Source: Escherichia phage vB_EcoM_WFL6982. From it: a DNA stretch of 64,000 nucleotides. Under the pieces are notes generated by a model. The model did not search any database. It was not told the origin of the DNA and was given only the letters and a program-made list of their open reading frames with translations. Every line of letters starts with the position of its first letter. Position 1 is the first letter of the stretch. Both the position numbers and the translations under genes were made by a program. Shown here piece by piece: positions 41,481 through 51,532 of the stretch. The stretch lies in the sequence record MK373774.1; one strand, 5' to 3'.

Positions 41481-41721
41481 TTTTAAGTCCTTTAATAACT
41501 TTTTGGATTTGTGATTTAGACGAAACTAGTTCTGTCTGAATTTCCAAACCATCGGTTTGGTCAAATGTTGTAACACAAACACGAGGTTTTGTTGTGTATC
41601 ATCCAGACAAATCAAATGCATCACCAATGAATTCGGCCAAATCCGGATGGTCTAAATTAACTGAAGTATAAACTTCATATCCGACATCAGCGCCTTGAGA
41701 GTATTCAACAACAACATTCAT
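41473..41721 (-). pseudogene. 82-codon reading frame interrupted by one in-frame TGA (codon 41); nonsense-disrupted gene or UGA read-through candidate
   Basis: ATG 41721 with RBS GAGGAA; in-frame TGA at 41599-41601; frame stays open 41 more codons to TAA overlapping the frd ATG. Confidence 0.35.
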
Positions 41722-41723
41722 AA

Positions 41724-41972
41724 TTATTTCCTCAGATTTTTCTTAACAACTTTCCAATCGGCTTTGAACATTTCAACATCAGAGTGGCAAATCCAGAATC
41801 CTGCACTTTCACCATCTTCGTAGAGTGGACATCCATCACATTCTTCGTTCCAACCCATTTCGCGTAAAGCTTCTTCAGCTTGTTCAAGGAGTTCAGCATC
41901 TTTACCAACGATGTTGAAGTACCATTTACCTCTAACTTCAGAATCTTTGATGCTCTGTCGTTGCAATCTCAT
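41724..41972 (-). CDS. hypothetical protein (frd.x)
   Basis: Start at internal ATG 41972 with RBS GGAGAA; early promoter element 42001-42034 lies inside the longer track ORF. Confidence 0.45.
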   Translation of the reverse strand: MRLQRQSIKDSEVRGKWYFNIVGKDAELLEQAEEALREMGWNEECDGCPLYEDGESAGFWICHSDVEMFKADWKVVKKNLRK

Positions 41973-42000
41973 TTTATTCTCCTTCACTTTTGATTTGATA

Positions 42001-42034
42001 GGGCTACTATAACATAACCCTATCTGATTGTACA
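42001..42034 (-). promoter_or_regulatory. early promoter (GTGTAC variant -35) with inverted repeat gataggg / ccctatc
   Basis: Same architecture as the other units. Confidence 0.35.
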
Positions 42035-42427
42035 CTACTTTTTAAAAGTTTTTTGCAAAAGTTCGATGATTTCGTCGACGTTGGTTTCATCTACGATACA
42101 ATGGATTTTTGTTACACCTAAAGCTATACCTTCGTTAGTAGGTTGAGGCTTTACTATATCTACCTCAGTAAAGTATTTGAACTCGTCAGGATAAATCTCA
42201 AAATAAGTTTCAATTTCACCACCGGCAGAACATACAGTACCATCTTCCATAGTTACACTTACTACGTTTGACGTATCGCTATCATAATCAGGTTCCATTC
42301 CGTTTACAACAAAACTAGGCCCGTGAAGTTCAATCAATTTTAACATCTTAGCGTTATTGTGTGGTGCTTCTTGAACAAAGTCATCTTTAAATAAAGGGTT
42401 AATGATATAAGATTTTCCGATTTCCAT
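42035..42427 (-). CDS. hypothetical protein (frd.x)
   Basis: 130-aa ORF with RBS GAGGAA and early promoter at 42453-42485. Confidence 0.5.
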   Translation of the reverse strand: MEIGKSYIINPLFKDDFVQEAPHNNAKMLKLIELHGPSFVVNGMEPDYDSDTSNVVSVTMEDGTVCSAGGEIETYFEIYPDEFKYFTEVDIVKPQPTNEGIALGVTKIHCIVDETNVDEIIELLQKTFKK

Positions 42428-42452
42428 TTTGATTTCCTCATGTTGTTGATAG

Positions 42453-42485
42453 GTCTATACTAACACATCCAGGGAAGAAGTAAAC
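42453..42485 (-). promoter_or_regulatory. early promoter
   Basis: gtaaac at 42480-42485. Confidence 0.45.
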
Positions 42486-42516
42486 AACTTTTTCGGCAAT
42501 TTACAGATACTCAAAA

Positions 42517-42534
42517 GGGAGACCGAAGTCTCCC
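42517..42534 (-). terminator. hairpin GGGAGAC-UUCG-GUCUCCC plus U-run, downstream of gene 32
   Basis: Same sequence as the 25789 hairpin. Confidence 0.65.
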
Positions 42535-42540
42535 AATTTA

Positions 42541-43443
42541 TTATAAACCAGCTAACAGGTCATCGAGGTCGCCATCATCAGAGGATGAGGTAGAGCTCAT
42601 GAAGTCATCTTCAGTTTTTGCAGAACTAAAGGCTTCCATGTCTTTATCAAAATCGTCAAGGTCAGAAGCAACTTTATCTGCAACAGAAGCTGCTGCGGCT
42701 GCTGCACCACCAAGAGCGGCAGTACCAAGAACCTTAGCGAAAGATTCATTTAATTTTTCAAAGGATTTGAACTGGTCTTTAGCCGTCAAAGTAGTAAGGT
42801 CTACCATCTGGTCATATAGTTCTTTCTGGAATGCTTCATCATTAATACGAGGAATTTCAGATTGACCCAAGAATTTAGATTCGTCATAGTTGCTAAAACC
42901 GGAAACCTGCTTAGCTTTCAGAACGAAGTTGGCACCTTCAAACGGACAAGTAACATCAACTGGAGTTTCACCCATTTCGGTATCAACAGCAATCATTGCA
43001 TTGATTTTGTCCCAAATCTTTTTACCGAAACGATATTTAAATACTTTACCTTCGTTATCTGGAGCTTGAGGGTCTTTAACAACCAGAATATTAGCCCAAT
43101 AAGAAGTTTTACGTTTCAGTTGAGAATATTCATTTTTGTTGGTATTGTACAGGTCATTTTTACTAATGTACTGACATACAGGACAAGAGTCATAATCACC
43201 ATGTGTAGAAGAGCAATTTTCAATATACCATTTACCATTTTTCTTGAAACCGTGGTTAACAAGAATTGCAAATGGTAGTGCATCATCAGTTTTTGCTGGC
43301 AAGAAACGAATTACCGCTTGACCATTACCGGATGCATCTAGCTTCAGCTTCCATTCGCCTTTATCTTCTGAAGAGAAACCTTTGTTACCATTCAGTTTAG
43401 CCATTTGAGCAGCGAGGTCAGCAGTAGATTTACGTTTAAACAT
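42541..43443 (-). CDS. 32: single-stranded DNA-binding protein gp32
   Basis: 300 aa (T4 301); acidic Ser/Asp-rich C-terminal tail; translational operator upstream. Confidence 0.95.
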   Translation of the reverse strand: MFKRKSTADLAAQMAKLNGNKGFSSEDKGEWKLKLDASGNGQAVIRFLPAKTDDALPFAILVNHGFKKNGKWYIENCSSTHGDYDSCPVCQYISKNDLYNTNKNEYSQLKRKTSYWANILVVKDPQAPDNEGKVFKYRFGKKIWDKINAMIAVDTEMGETPVDVTCPFEGANFVLKAKQVSGFSNYDESKFLGQSEIPRINDEAFQKELYDQMVDLTTLTAKDQFKSFEKLNESFAKVLGTAALGGAAAAAASVADKVASDLDDFDKDMEAFSSAKTEDDFMSSTSSSDDGDLDDLLAGL

Positions 43444-43520
43444 GGATTATTACCTTTTATTTAGATTATTTAATTTATTTACAGTTGGTTGCTACGACAC
43501 TTATACCTCGTAGCTGGTAT
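43444..43520 (-). promoter_or_regulatory. gene 32 mRNA leader: AU-rich (UAAAU) repeat operator with upstream hairpin/pseudoknot element
   Basis: Minus strand reads GCTACGAGGTATAAGTGTCGTAGC...TAAATAAATTAAATAATCTAAATAAAAGGTAATAATCC-ATG; matches the known gp32 autoregulatory operator architecture. Confidence 0.6.
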
Positions 43521-43524
43521 GTTT

Positions 43525-43532
43525 TATTTATA
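43525..43532 (-). promoter_or_regulatory. late promoter TATAAATA (minus strand) upstream of gene 32
   Basis: Plus-strand tatttata about 80 nt upstream of the gene 32 ATG. Confidence 0.5.
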
Positions 43533-43561
43533 CGGTAATTCTAACACAGATAAAATAAAGC

Positions 43562-44215
43562 TTAATACTTACATGATTTGATTGTTTCTATGAACAATTT
43601 CTTAGCAGCATTTCCATCGATTTGAAGTATTTTTCGATATGCCTTTAATTTGATAGAATAATTTTGCCAGACTAAGTTATCGGTGAGTTCGTCGTGCTTA
43701 TTTATAATATTCAAAAACGAGTCCAACAATAAGAAAGTCTCAAATGAAATTATATTGCTTTGTAGCAATTTGAATATGTAGCTCGACTGAACGTTGTTAT
43801 TATAATCAAATATCTCTTGAAGCGCACTAACTTCAACTTTCTTACTGAAATAGTAGATGTTGCGTACGTCTTCAGCAAACGTCTCTTTAGCTTGTTTGAG
43901 ACGTCCAATATATTCCCTATAGAAAACTAATGCATCAGCGTCTGATATCTCACCAATCCATGCGTCTTGGTTAGCAACTAAGTTGCTTATGAATATCAAG
44001 GTGAGTTCCTTCAATTTATATTTCTCTGCTAGTTTTTCAAAGAAATATTTATCTCGGCGTTTTTGATACGCATTATCCGAAACACGCATGCACCAGTTAT
44101 ATTTGATTACGTCATACCGACCATTAAAATGTTGTTTGCACATCAAGTATAGTTTGTATACCGATTTTCCGTTAATATAACGTTCTCCATCAGGAGGCAT
44201 GCGTATTTTAATCAT
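43562..44215 (-). CDS. 59: helicase loader gp59
   Basis: 217 aa (T4 217); high recalled identity. Confidence 0.92.
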   Translation of the reverse strand: MIKIRMPPDGERYINGKSVYKLYLMCKQHFNGRYDVIKYNWCMRVSDNAYQKRRDKYFFEKLAEKYKLKELTLIFISNLVANQDAWIGEISDADALVFYREYIGRLKQAKETFAEDVRNIYYFSKKVEVSALQEIFDYNNNVQSSYIFKLLQSNIISFETFLLLDSFLNIINKHDELTDNLVWQNYSIKLKAYRKILQIDGNAAKKLFIETIKSCKY

Positions 44216-44550
44216 AATAAGAAATCTAACGTATTAGTTTTTTCACCACGAGCAACTGATGGGCGAAGCATGTTTTCGTCAATTGCTTCGCTTGTAATTT
44301 TTTCAACAATTCCTGTAGGAATAAATTTAGCAAATTGTGTTTCTGGAATAGAATTTTCTTCCAAGAAAGCAGTTGTTGCTTCTAAATAAGACATACCAAA
44401 TTGTTCAACCATGGATTCGATAATGAATCCGTTTTCTTGTCGGTCAAGCAATTTAGCGATATCATCTTTATCGTGTTTTACTGCTAATTCTTGTTCAGAT
44501 AAACCGGCCTCATCAACCGGTTTAATATCACTTAGTGAAAACTGTGTCAT
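44212..44550 (-). CDS. 33: late transcription co-activator gp33
   Basis: 112 aa (T4 112); synteny 59-33-dsbA-rnh. Confidence 0.8.
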   Translation of the reverse strand: MTQFSLSDIKPVDEAGLSEQELAVKHDKDDIAKLLDRQENGFIIESMVEQFGMSYLEATTAFLEENSIPETQFAKFIPTGIVEKITSEAIDENMLRPSVARGEKTNTLDFLL

Positions 44551-44815
44551 AAAGCTCGACTACCTCTTCATTTTCAGCTTCAAATTGATCACGAGCGTCT
44601 TTATGATAAAGAGCTAACAAACGATTAAACATTTTTCCATCGACACCAAGCTCTTCTTTAGCACGAGTACGAATGTCTTTAATCAGTTCATTATAACCAG
44701 AAATTTTAAGTTTGTTATCGGAAGCTTCCTTGACTAGTTTAGCCAGTTCTTCACCGTGCACATCTTGATTAAATTCAACTGCTTCTTTCTTAGCCATGTT
44801 TACCTCAGAATTCAT
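44528..44815 (-). CDS. dsbA: dsDNA-binding protein DsbA
   Basis: 95-aa ORF in T4 position. Confidence 0.7.
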   Translation of the reverse strand: MNSEVNMAKKEAVEFNQDVHGEELAKLVKEASDNKLKISGYNELIKDIRTRAKEELGVDGKMFNRLLALYHKDARDQFEAENEEVVELYDTVFTK

Positions 44816-45722
44816 TAATTACACTTGTTAATTTAGAAAGACCAGATTTTACAAAGTATGAATAAATCTTGCCTTTAGGTTGTTGTTTATATGAGTTATA
44901 ATACTCTATAATGGTTGAAGCAATATTATCAGGGATATAATCAAAATCAATGAGAACCAAATTTTCTTGATACCGTTTATATTCTTCAGCACTTAATAAT
45001 ACTTCAGCTTGAGAACGGTCATTGGCAATTGCTTCAATAATCGATGTTTTCATACTCGGAGTTCGTTCACCATCAACTCTGGTAAACCAGAAGTCGCCAC
45101 GAACTCGAACAGATGCAACACCATCCTTACGGTCACCTTTAAGAATTTTAGTCATGCAATCAATTTCAGCAGAACCATTCTTAATTTTAACCCATTTTTT
45201 CTGTGGTGGCGACCACTGTTTAACGTTAGGATATTTGTGTAATTGTGTAAAGTCACCATCTGATGCAACAATACATACTTTATGTCCAGCTAATGACAAA
45301 TATTTAGTTAATACACCGATATGGTCATCCGCTTCATACTTGTCAATATCCATTACAACGTATGGCATGTATTTCTTAATCTCATCAACAACTTGATGGA
45401 GTGCAGTAAAATATCCTTCCCAATCCCACTTTGAAGCTTCACGATCGGTTTTACGATTTTTCTTGTAATAGTAAGCAAAGTCACGACGCCAATAACCCGA
45501 AGTAGCATTATCCATACACAATACAAATTTTGTATAGCCTTGCTTACGGAACATCACTACGTTTTTACGAATTGAATTCAAGATTACATGGCGAACCATC
45601 GGAACGGTAATTTTATCGCCGTCTTCAAAGTTGTTTAATGCGGCTGCCAATGCAATGTTACTAAAGTCAGCAAGTGCAATACCTTCTTTGTAATCTTCAT
45701 CCAACATCATTTCTAAATCCAT
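44805..45722 (-). CDS. rnh: RNase H (5'-3' exonuclease, FEN family)
   Basis: 305 aa (T4 305); synteny. Confidence 0.88.
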   Translation of the reverse strand: MDLEMMLDEDYKEGIALADFSNIALAAALNNFEDGDKITVPMVRHVILNSIRKNVVMFRKQGYTKFVLCMDNATSGYWRRDFAYYYKKNRKTDREASKWDWEGYFTALHQVVDEIKKYMPYVVMDIDKYEADDHIGVLTKYLSLAGHKVCIVASDGDFTQLHKYPNVKQWSPPQKKWVKIKNGSAEIDCMTKILKGDRKDGVASVRVRGDFWFTRVDGERTPSMKTSIIEAIANDRSQAEVLLSAEEYKRYQENLVLIDFDYIPDNIASTIIEYYNSYKQQPKGKIYSYFVKSGLSKLTSVINEF

Positions 45723-45799
45723 ATGAACCTCTTGTTCAGTTAGTCAACTTGTCTATAGTAACACACTCATTTGAAAGCGTAAATAGTCTTTTACTCATT

Positions 45800-45807
45800 T
45801 ATAAATA
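45800..45807 (+). promoter_or_regulatory. late promoter TATAAATA upstream of gene 34
   Basis: Exact octamer. Confidence 0.6.
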
Positions 45808-45841
45808 GTAAAATAGAACACATAATGATAAGAGGACTACC

Positions 45842-48800
45842 ATGGTTGACATCAAACGTAAGTTCAGGGCCGAAGATGGTCTTGATGCAGGCGGTGATAA
45901 GATAGTTAACGTTGCGCTTGCCGACCGCACAGTTGGCACCGATGGCGTGAACGTTGACTTTTTGGTGCAAGAAAACACCGTACAGAATTATGACGATACG
46001 CGCGCGTATACAAAAGATTTTATTGTTCTTTATAATAATCGTTTTTATCAAGCTTTAAGCGATATTCCAGCTCCGGCAGGCCCTTTCTCTTTGGTTAAAT
46101 GGAAGGCAACTCGTGCAGATGCAGAATGGATTACAGTTCAAGGCGGAGATTTCCAATTATCAGTAGGTAACTCTATTGCGGTTGATACTTCAGCTGGCAC
46201 TGATATTAATTTCACTTTGCCTCAAAATCCTTTAGATGGCGATACAGTTATTTTGTCTGATATTGGCGGTAGAGTAGGCTATGTAAAAGTTCAAATTACG
46301 GCAGAGGCTCAAAGTATTGTAAACTTTAGAGGACAACAGGTTCGTTCAGTTTTAATGACGCACCCAAAATCTAAAATGGTCTTCATTTTTAGCAACCGCC
46401 TATGGCAAATGTATGTTTCTGATTACGAACGTAATGCAGTCACAGTAACTCCTGCTACGCCATATCAAGCACAACCTAATGATTTTATCATTCGACGTTT
46501 TACATCAGCCGCTCCTATTAATATTACATTGCCTCGTAATGCTAATAATGGCGATATTATTAATTTAGTGGATTTAGACAAATTAAACCCATTATATCAC
46601 ACAATTGTCAAAACTTACGATGATACAACTTCTATACGAGAAGCTGGTGTTCATGTAGCAGAAGGACGTAATTTTGCTGATGCTCTTTTTATTTTTGATG
46701 CAGCATCTAGTTTGTGGAGAGTTTGGGAAGGTGACCAGAAATCTCGTTTACGTATAGTTCGTAATGATACTGATTTACGCCCTAATGAAGAAGTTCTTGT
46801 TTTTGGAACTGATAATAATACAATCTCGACGGTAAATCTTACTTTGCCTACAGATATTTTGTCTGGCGATACTGTTAAAATATCGTTGAATTATATGCGT
46901 AAAGGGCAAACTGTAAAAATTAAAGCTGCTGAAGGCGATACAATTGCTAGCAGTATTTCTTTATTACAGTTCCCAAAACGTTCGGAGTATCCACCTGATG
47001 CACAATGGGTTTCTGTTAGTGAGCTGGAATTTAATGGCGATACTTCGTATGTACCTGTACTTGAGTTAGCTTATATAGAAGATTATTCATCTGAAACAAA
47101 ATATTGGGTAGTTCAACAAAACACTGTAACCGTCGAACGAGTCGATGCATCGAGCAATACAACTCGAGCTCGTTTAGGTGTTATTGCTCTTGCTTCTCAA
47201 GCGCAAGCAAATGTTGATTTAGAAAATGCTCCTGGTAAAGAACTGGCTATTACTCCGGAAACATTAGCAAATCGTACAGCAACTGAAACTCGTCGTGGTA
47301 TTGCTCGTATTGCAACAACTGCACAAGTTAACCAGAATACCGATTTTGCATTCCAAGACGACTTGATTATTTCTCCTAAGAAATTGAACGAACGTACAGC
47401 AACTGAAACCCGTAGAGGTGTTGCTGAAGTTGCAACTCAGGCTGAAACTAATGCTGGAACAGATGATACCACTATTATTACTCCTAAGAAATTGGATGCC
47501 CGTCAAGGTTCTGAAGTTTTATCTGGTATTGTAAAATACACATCTACGACTGGTACTACAGCTGCTACTATTCGTGGTAATGCTGGGACTAACGTTTATA
47601 ACAAAGCCGTAGATAATTTAACTATTTCTCCAAAGGCCCTTGACCAATATAAAGCTACCCCTACTCAGCAGGGTGCAGTAATTCTTGCTATTGAAAGCGA
47701 AGTTATCGCTGGCGAATCACAAGCTGGTTGGGCTAATGCTGTAGTGACCCCTGAAACTCTGCATAAGAAAACTTCTACTGATGGACGTATTGGTTTAATT
47801 GAAATTGCTACGCAAGCAGAAACTAACACTGGAACTGATTATACTAGAGCAGTAACGCCTAAGACGTTAAATGATAGGAAAGCTACGGAAGGATTATCTG
47901 GCATAGCCGAAATTGCTACGCAAGTTGAATTTGATACTGGAACTGACGATACTCGTATCTCGTCTCCACTGAAAATTAAAACTCATTTTGATTCTTCTGA
48001 CCGTACCAGTGTTAATTCTGATTCCGGACTTATTGAAGAAGGAACCTTGTGGAACCATTATACTCTTGATATTTCTAAAGCAAATGAAACACAACGTGGT
48101 ACACTTCGTGTAGCGACCCAAGCTGAATCTAATGCAGGAACTTTAGATGACGTTCTTATTACTCCTAAAAAGCTTTTAGGGACTAAGTCCACTGAAACGT
48201 CTGAAGGCGTAATTAAGGTTGCTACTCAGGCTGAAACTGTAACAGGAACTTCTGCTAATACTGCTGTATCTCCTAAGAATTTAAAATGGATTGTTCAATC
48301 AGAACCATCATGGACTGCTACTACGGCAATTCGTGGATTCGTTAAAACTTCATCTGGTTCTATTACATTTGTTGGTAATGATACAGTTGGTTCAACACAA
48401 TCTTTAGAATCATATGAGAAAAATAGCTATGCGGTATCACCATATGAATTAAACCGTGTACTTGCTAACTACTTACCGTTGAAAGCTAAAGCAGCTGATA
48501 GTAATTTGTTAGATGGTCTAGATTCTCTTCAGTTCATCCGTAGAGACATCGACCAGACGGTTAATGGTTCTTTAAGTCTTACTAAACAGACCAACCTGAG
48601 TGCTCCTTTAGTATCTACAAGCACTGCTTCTTTTGGTTCCGAAGCATCTGTTACTCGTAGATTAACTCTTAATGACTCTAGCGGTTCCGAAATATTTTTC
48701 ACTAAAGGAACCCAATCTCTTAGTAATAAAGAGAATTTCGTTGTTAGAGCATGGGGCAATAGCGCTACAGATGGTGCCCGTGATACAGTATTTGAAGCGG

Positions 48801-49675
48801 GTGACGAAACCGGATACCATTTCTATTCTCAGCGCGCTGCTGATAATAAAGTATCATTTAATATTAATGGAACACTTTATTCAACAGGTATTGTTTCTAC
48901 AAATGGATTAAATGTTACAGGTGTTTCTACCTTTACAGGGCCTATTAGTGCTACAGGCGAAATTGTTTCTAGTTCTCCTATTGCATTCAGAGCTATTAAT
49001 GGTAACTATGGTGTTATGCTTTATAATGCTGGTAACAGTTCTTATATTGCATTAACTAACTCAGGTGACCAGACCGGGACGTTTAATAACTTACGCCCGA
49101 TCACGATTAACAACGCCACAGGCTTAGTTCGTCTTGACAATGGTGTTCAAATCACGAGTGGTGCAACAATAACTACCGGTGGGTTAACTGTAAATAACAG
49201 AATTATTTCTAACGGCGTTAAAACCGCCACTGTTTATACCGATAAACCAACAGCTTCTACTGTAGGTTTTTGGTCTATTGACATTAACGATTCTGCTGTA
49301 TATAGCCAATTCCCTGGATACTGGACGCGTGATAACAAAGGTAACCGTGACCAAGAAATTAAATATCCTGGTACTTTGACTCAATTCGGCAATAGCTTAG
49401 ATTCGCTTTATCAGGATTGGATTTGTTATCCTACAGGTGCAAATGGCGGTAGCATTCGATATACTCGTACCTGGCAGAAAAATAAAGATGCTTGGACTTC
49501 ATTTGCAATGGTATTTGATAGTGGCAACCCACCTTCACCTAGCGATGTCGGTGCTATCCCATCTGATAATGCTGTTATTGGAAACCTTACTATTCGAGAC
49601 TTCTTACAATTAGGAAATGTGAGAATTGTTCCAGACCCGGTTAACAAAACAGTTAAATTTATATGGGTTGAATAA
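45842..49675 (+). CDS. 34: long tail fibre proximal subunit gp34
   Basis: 1277 aa; TATAAATA at 45800-45807; internal tandem repeats. Confidence 0.9.
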   Translation: MVDIKRKFRAEDGLDAGGDKIVNVALADRTVGTDGVNVDFLVQENTVQNYDDTRAYTKDFIVLYNNRFYQALSDIPAPAGPFSLVKWKATRADAEWITVQGGDFQLSVGNSIAVDTSAGTDINFTLPQNPLDGDTVILSDIGGRVGYVKVQITAEAQSIVNFRGQQVRSVLMTHPKSKMVFIFSNRLWQMYVSDYERNAVTVTPATPYQAQPNDFIIRRFTSAAPINITLPRNANNGDIINLVDLDKLNPLYHTIVKTYDDTTSIREAGVHVAEGRNFADALFIFDAASSLWRVWEGDQKSRLRIVRNDTDLRPNEEVLVFGTDNNTISTVNLTLPTDILSGDTVKISLNYMRKGQTVKIKAAEGDTIASSISLLQFPKRSEYPPDAQWVSVSELEFNGDTSYVPVLELAYIEDYSSETKYWVVQQNTVTVERVDASSNTTRARLGVIALASQAQANVDLENAPGKELAITPETLANRTATETRRGIARIATTAQVNQNTDFAFQDDLIISPKKLNERTATETRRGVAEVATQAETNAGTDDTTIITPKKLDARQGSEVLSGIVKYTSTTGTTAATIRGNAGTNVYNKAVDNLTISPKALDQYKATPTQQGAVILAIESEVIAGESQAGWANAVVTPETLHKKTSTDGRIGLIEIATQAETNTGTDYTRAVTPKTLNDRKATEGLSGIAEIATQVEFDTGTDDTRISSPLKIKTHFDSSDRTSVNSDSGLIEEGTLWNHYTLDISKANETQRGTLRVATQAESNAGTLDDVLITPKKLLGTKSTETSEGVIKVATQAETVTGTSANTAVSPKNLKWIVQSEPSWTATTAIRGFVKTSSGSITFVGNDTVGSTQSLESYEKNSYAVSPYELNRVLANYLPLKAKAADSNLLDGLDSLQFIRRDIDQTVNGSLSLTKQTNLSAPLVSTSTASFGSEASVTRRLTLNDSSGSEIFFTKGTQSLSNKENFVVRAWGNSATDGARDTVFEAGDETGYHFYSQRAADNKVSFNINGTLYSTGIVSTNGLNVTGVSTFTGPISATGEIVSSSPIAFRAINGNYGVMLYNAGNSSYIALTNSGDQTGTFNNLRPITINNATGLVRLDNGVQITSGATITTGGLTVNNRIISNGVKTATVYTDKPTASTVGFWSIDINDSAVYSQFPGYWTRDNKGNRDQEIKYPGTLTQFGNSLDSLYQDWICYPTGANGGSIRYTRTWQKNKDAWTSFAMVFDSGNPPSPSDVGAIPSDNAVIGNLTIRDFLQLGNVRIVPDPVNKTVKFIWVE
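47260..48290 (+). repeat. tandem coding repeats of about 40 codons within gene 34 (motif ATQAETN.GTDDT..ITPKKL)
   Basis: At least six to seven recognisable repeat units in the translated sequence. Confidence 0.7.
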
Positions 49676-49683
49676 GAGGTTAT

Positions 49684-50808
49684 ATGGAAAAATTTATGGC
49701 AAGGTTTGGACAGGGATACGTCCAAACGCCGTTTTTATCGGAAAGCAATTCAGTTAGATTTAAGCTAAGTATAGCGGGTTCATGCCCGCTTTCAACAACT
49801 AATCCGTATATTTTATTCCAAAATGAGCCTTTAGGGTTGCAGTCTTTTGGTATTGGACTAAATGTTAGGGTGATAAATCCGGAAAATGGAACTATAGTTG
49901 ATAGTAAATTATACAATTTTGCGCCTACAAATAATGCAACTTCAGCTGCATTTATTTCGTTTGTTAATACATACGCAGATAATTTCATTTTCGCATTTAT
50001 TTCCAATAACAAATTTAATTTGCCACCAGAAATAATTGAATGGTTTAAAGCTGCTGGGAGTTCAGTTATACCGTCAATTGAAGTTGCTAGTCTTGTTGAT
50101 ATTTCATATTCAGCGTTTTATGTTTCAGGTAAAAATACTATTGCATTAGAACACATAAAATACAGTAATAAGAAAACAATTTCTGATTACGCAACTCCAT
50201 TAGATATTGTATATGACTCTATTGCTGATATAGGTGCTACCGGCTATCCTAGACGTACATATGAAGCTCTAGAAACGTTTTTATCTCCTGTTGGAGGAAC
50301 TAACAATGAAATAAAAAGGATGCCTACATCATCCCTTGTTACTCCTATCGCAAACTATGGATTAAAGCCTACAGATTTTCTTTATTTGAAATTTCAATTA
50401 ATGGCTGATGAAGCATTACTAGAGGAAGGAACCGCAAGACTTTCAATTCGTTTCTTTAAGACTCCATCTAGCTCTCCTATATCATCTAAAGATATAAACT
50501 TTGATGGAACTGCTGGTGAATGGAAGTTATACGAAGAATATGTTGAAATACCAGCCGAAGCCGATGGCTTTACGGTATATTGTTACCGTACGGCCCCAGT
50601 CGGTCAAGGTGGACTAAGAAATGTTATTTTCACTGAAGTATCATGTAACGGAAGTATAGCAAAACCTGCTGAGTTTGGTATAAACGGTATTCGTGTTAAT
50701 TACATTGATGAATCATTAACCGGTAATGATATAATGGACTTGCCTACTCAGTTATCTAACGACACAGGTAAGGTATTTGGGCAGGAATTTAAAGAGTACA
50801 CAGAATAA
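49684..50808 (+). CDS. 35: long tail fibre hinge connector gp35
   Basis: 374 aa (T4 372); synteny. Confidence 0.85.
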   Translation: MEKFMARFGQGYVQTPFLSESNSVRFKLSIAGSCPLSTTNPYILFQNEPLGLQSFGIGLNVRVINPENGTIVDSKLYNFAPTNNATSAAFISFVNTYADNFIFAFISNNKFNLPPEIIEWFKAAGSSVIPSIEVASLVDISYSAFYVSGKNTIALEHIKYSNKKTISDYATPLDIVYDSIADIGATGYPRRTYEALETFLSPVGGTNNEIKRMPTSSLVTPIANYGLKPTDFLYLKFQLMADEALLEEGTARLSIRFFKTPSSSPISSKDINFDGTAGEWKLYEEYVEIPAEADGFTVYCYRTAPVGQGGLRNVIFTEVSCNGSIAKPAEFGINGIRVNYIDESLTGNDIMDLPTQLSNDTGKVFGQEFKEYTE

Positions 50809-50830
50809 AGGAGACTTCGGTCTCCTTTTC
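50809..50830 (+). terminator. hairpin AGGAGAC-UUCG-GUCUCCU plus U-run after gene 35
   Basis: Stem-loop followed by tttt. Confidence 0.65.
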
Positions 50831-50833
50831 GCG

Positions 50834-50841
50834 TATAAATA
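50834..50841 (+). promoter_or_regulatory. late promoter TATAAATA upstream of genes 36-37
   Basis: Exact octamer just after a terminator hairpin. Confidence 0.6.
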
Positions 50842-50867
50842 CTTTAATATTAATAAGGAGACACGAA

Positions 50868-51524
50868 ATGGCCGATTTAAAAGCCGGAAGTACAGTTGGT
50901 GGTTCCGTCATATGGCATCAAGGCAATTTTCCTTTAATGCCAGCTGGCGATGACATCCTATATAAAACATTTAAATTATACACCGAATATAACAAGCCAA
51001 AAGCGGCTGATAACGATTTCGTATCTAAAGCAAATGGTGGGACATATCTCAAAAAGGTAATCTTTAACGAAGGTGTTGCAGTCAAAACAGCAGATGACCA
51101 AACGAATGGCATTTTTTCTGGCGGTGGTGACGCCGCGACATTCGACCAAACAAACATGGATATTGTTTCGTGGTATGGTATTGGGTTTAAATCATCTCAA
51201 GGTACAGGTGAAAGAACTGTTGTAATTGATACTCGCACCGGTAATATAAGTTCTAAAGGCGTTATTGAAGCATCTCAATTCAGAGCCACAACGTTAGCAC
51301 CTTTAAATAATTACGACCTTACTCGCAAAGATTATGTTGATAGTCAAATAAATACAGTTAATGCTAATGCAAACAGTCGTGTACTCCGTTCAGGAGATAC
51401 GATGACCGGCGCGCTAACCGCCCCAAACTTTTTCTCACAGAATCCTGCATCTCAACCCTCGCATGTTCCACGATTTGACCAAATTGTTATTAAGGATTCT
51501 GTTCAAGATTTCGGCTATTATTAA
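50868..51524 (+). CDS. 36: long tail fibre distal connector gp36
   Basis: 218 aa; TATAAATA at 50834-50841. Confidence 0.85.
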   Translation: MADLKAGSTVGGSVIWHQGNFPLMPAGDDILYKTFKLYTEYNKPKAADNDFVSKANGGTYLKKVIFNEGVAVKTADDQTNGIFSGGGDAATFDQTNMDIVSWYGIGFKSSQGTGERTVVIDTRTGNISSKGVIEASQFRATTLAPLNNYDLTRKDYVDSQINTVNANANSRVLRSGDTMTGALTAPNFFSQNPASQPSHVPRFDQIVIKDSVQDFGYY

Positions 51525-51532
51525 GAGGACTT

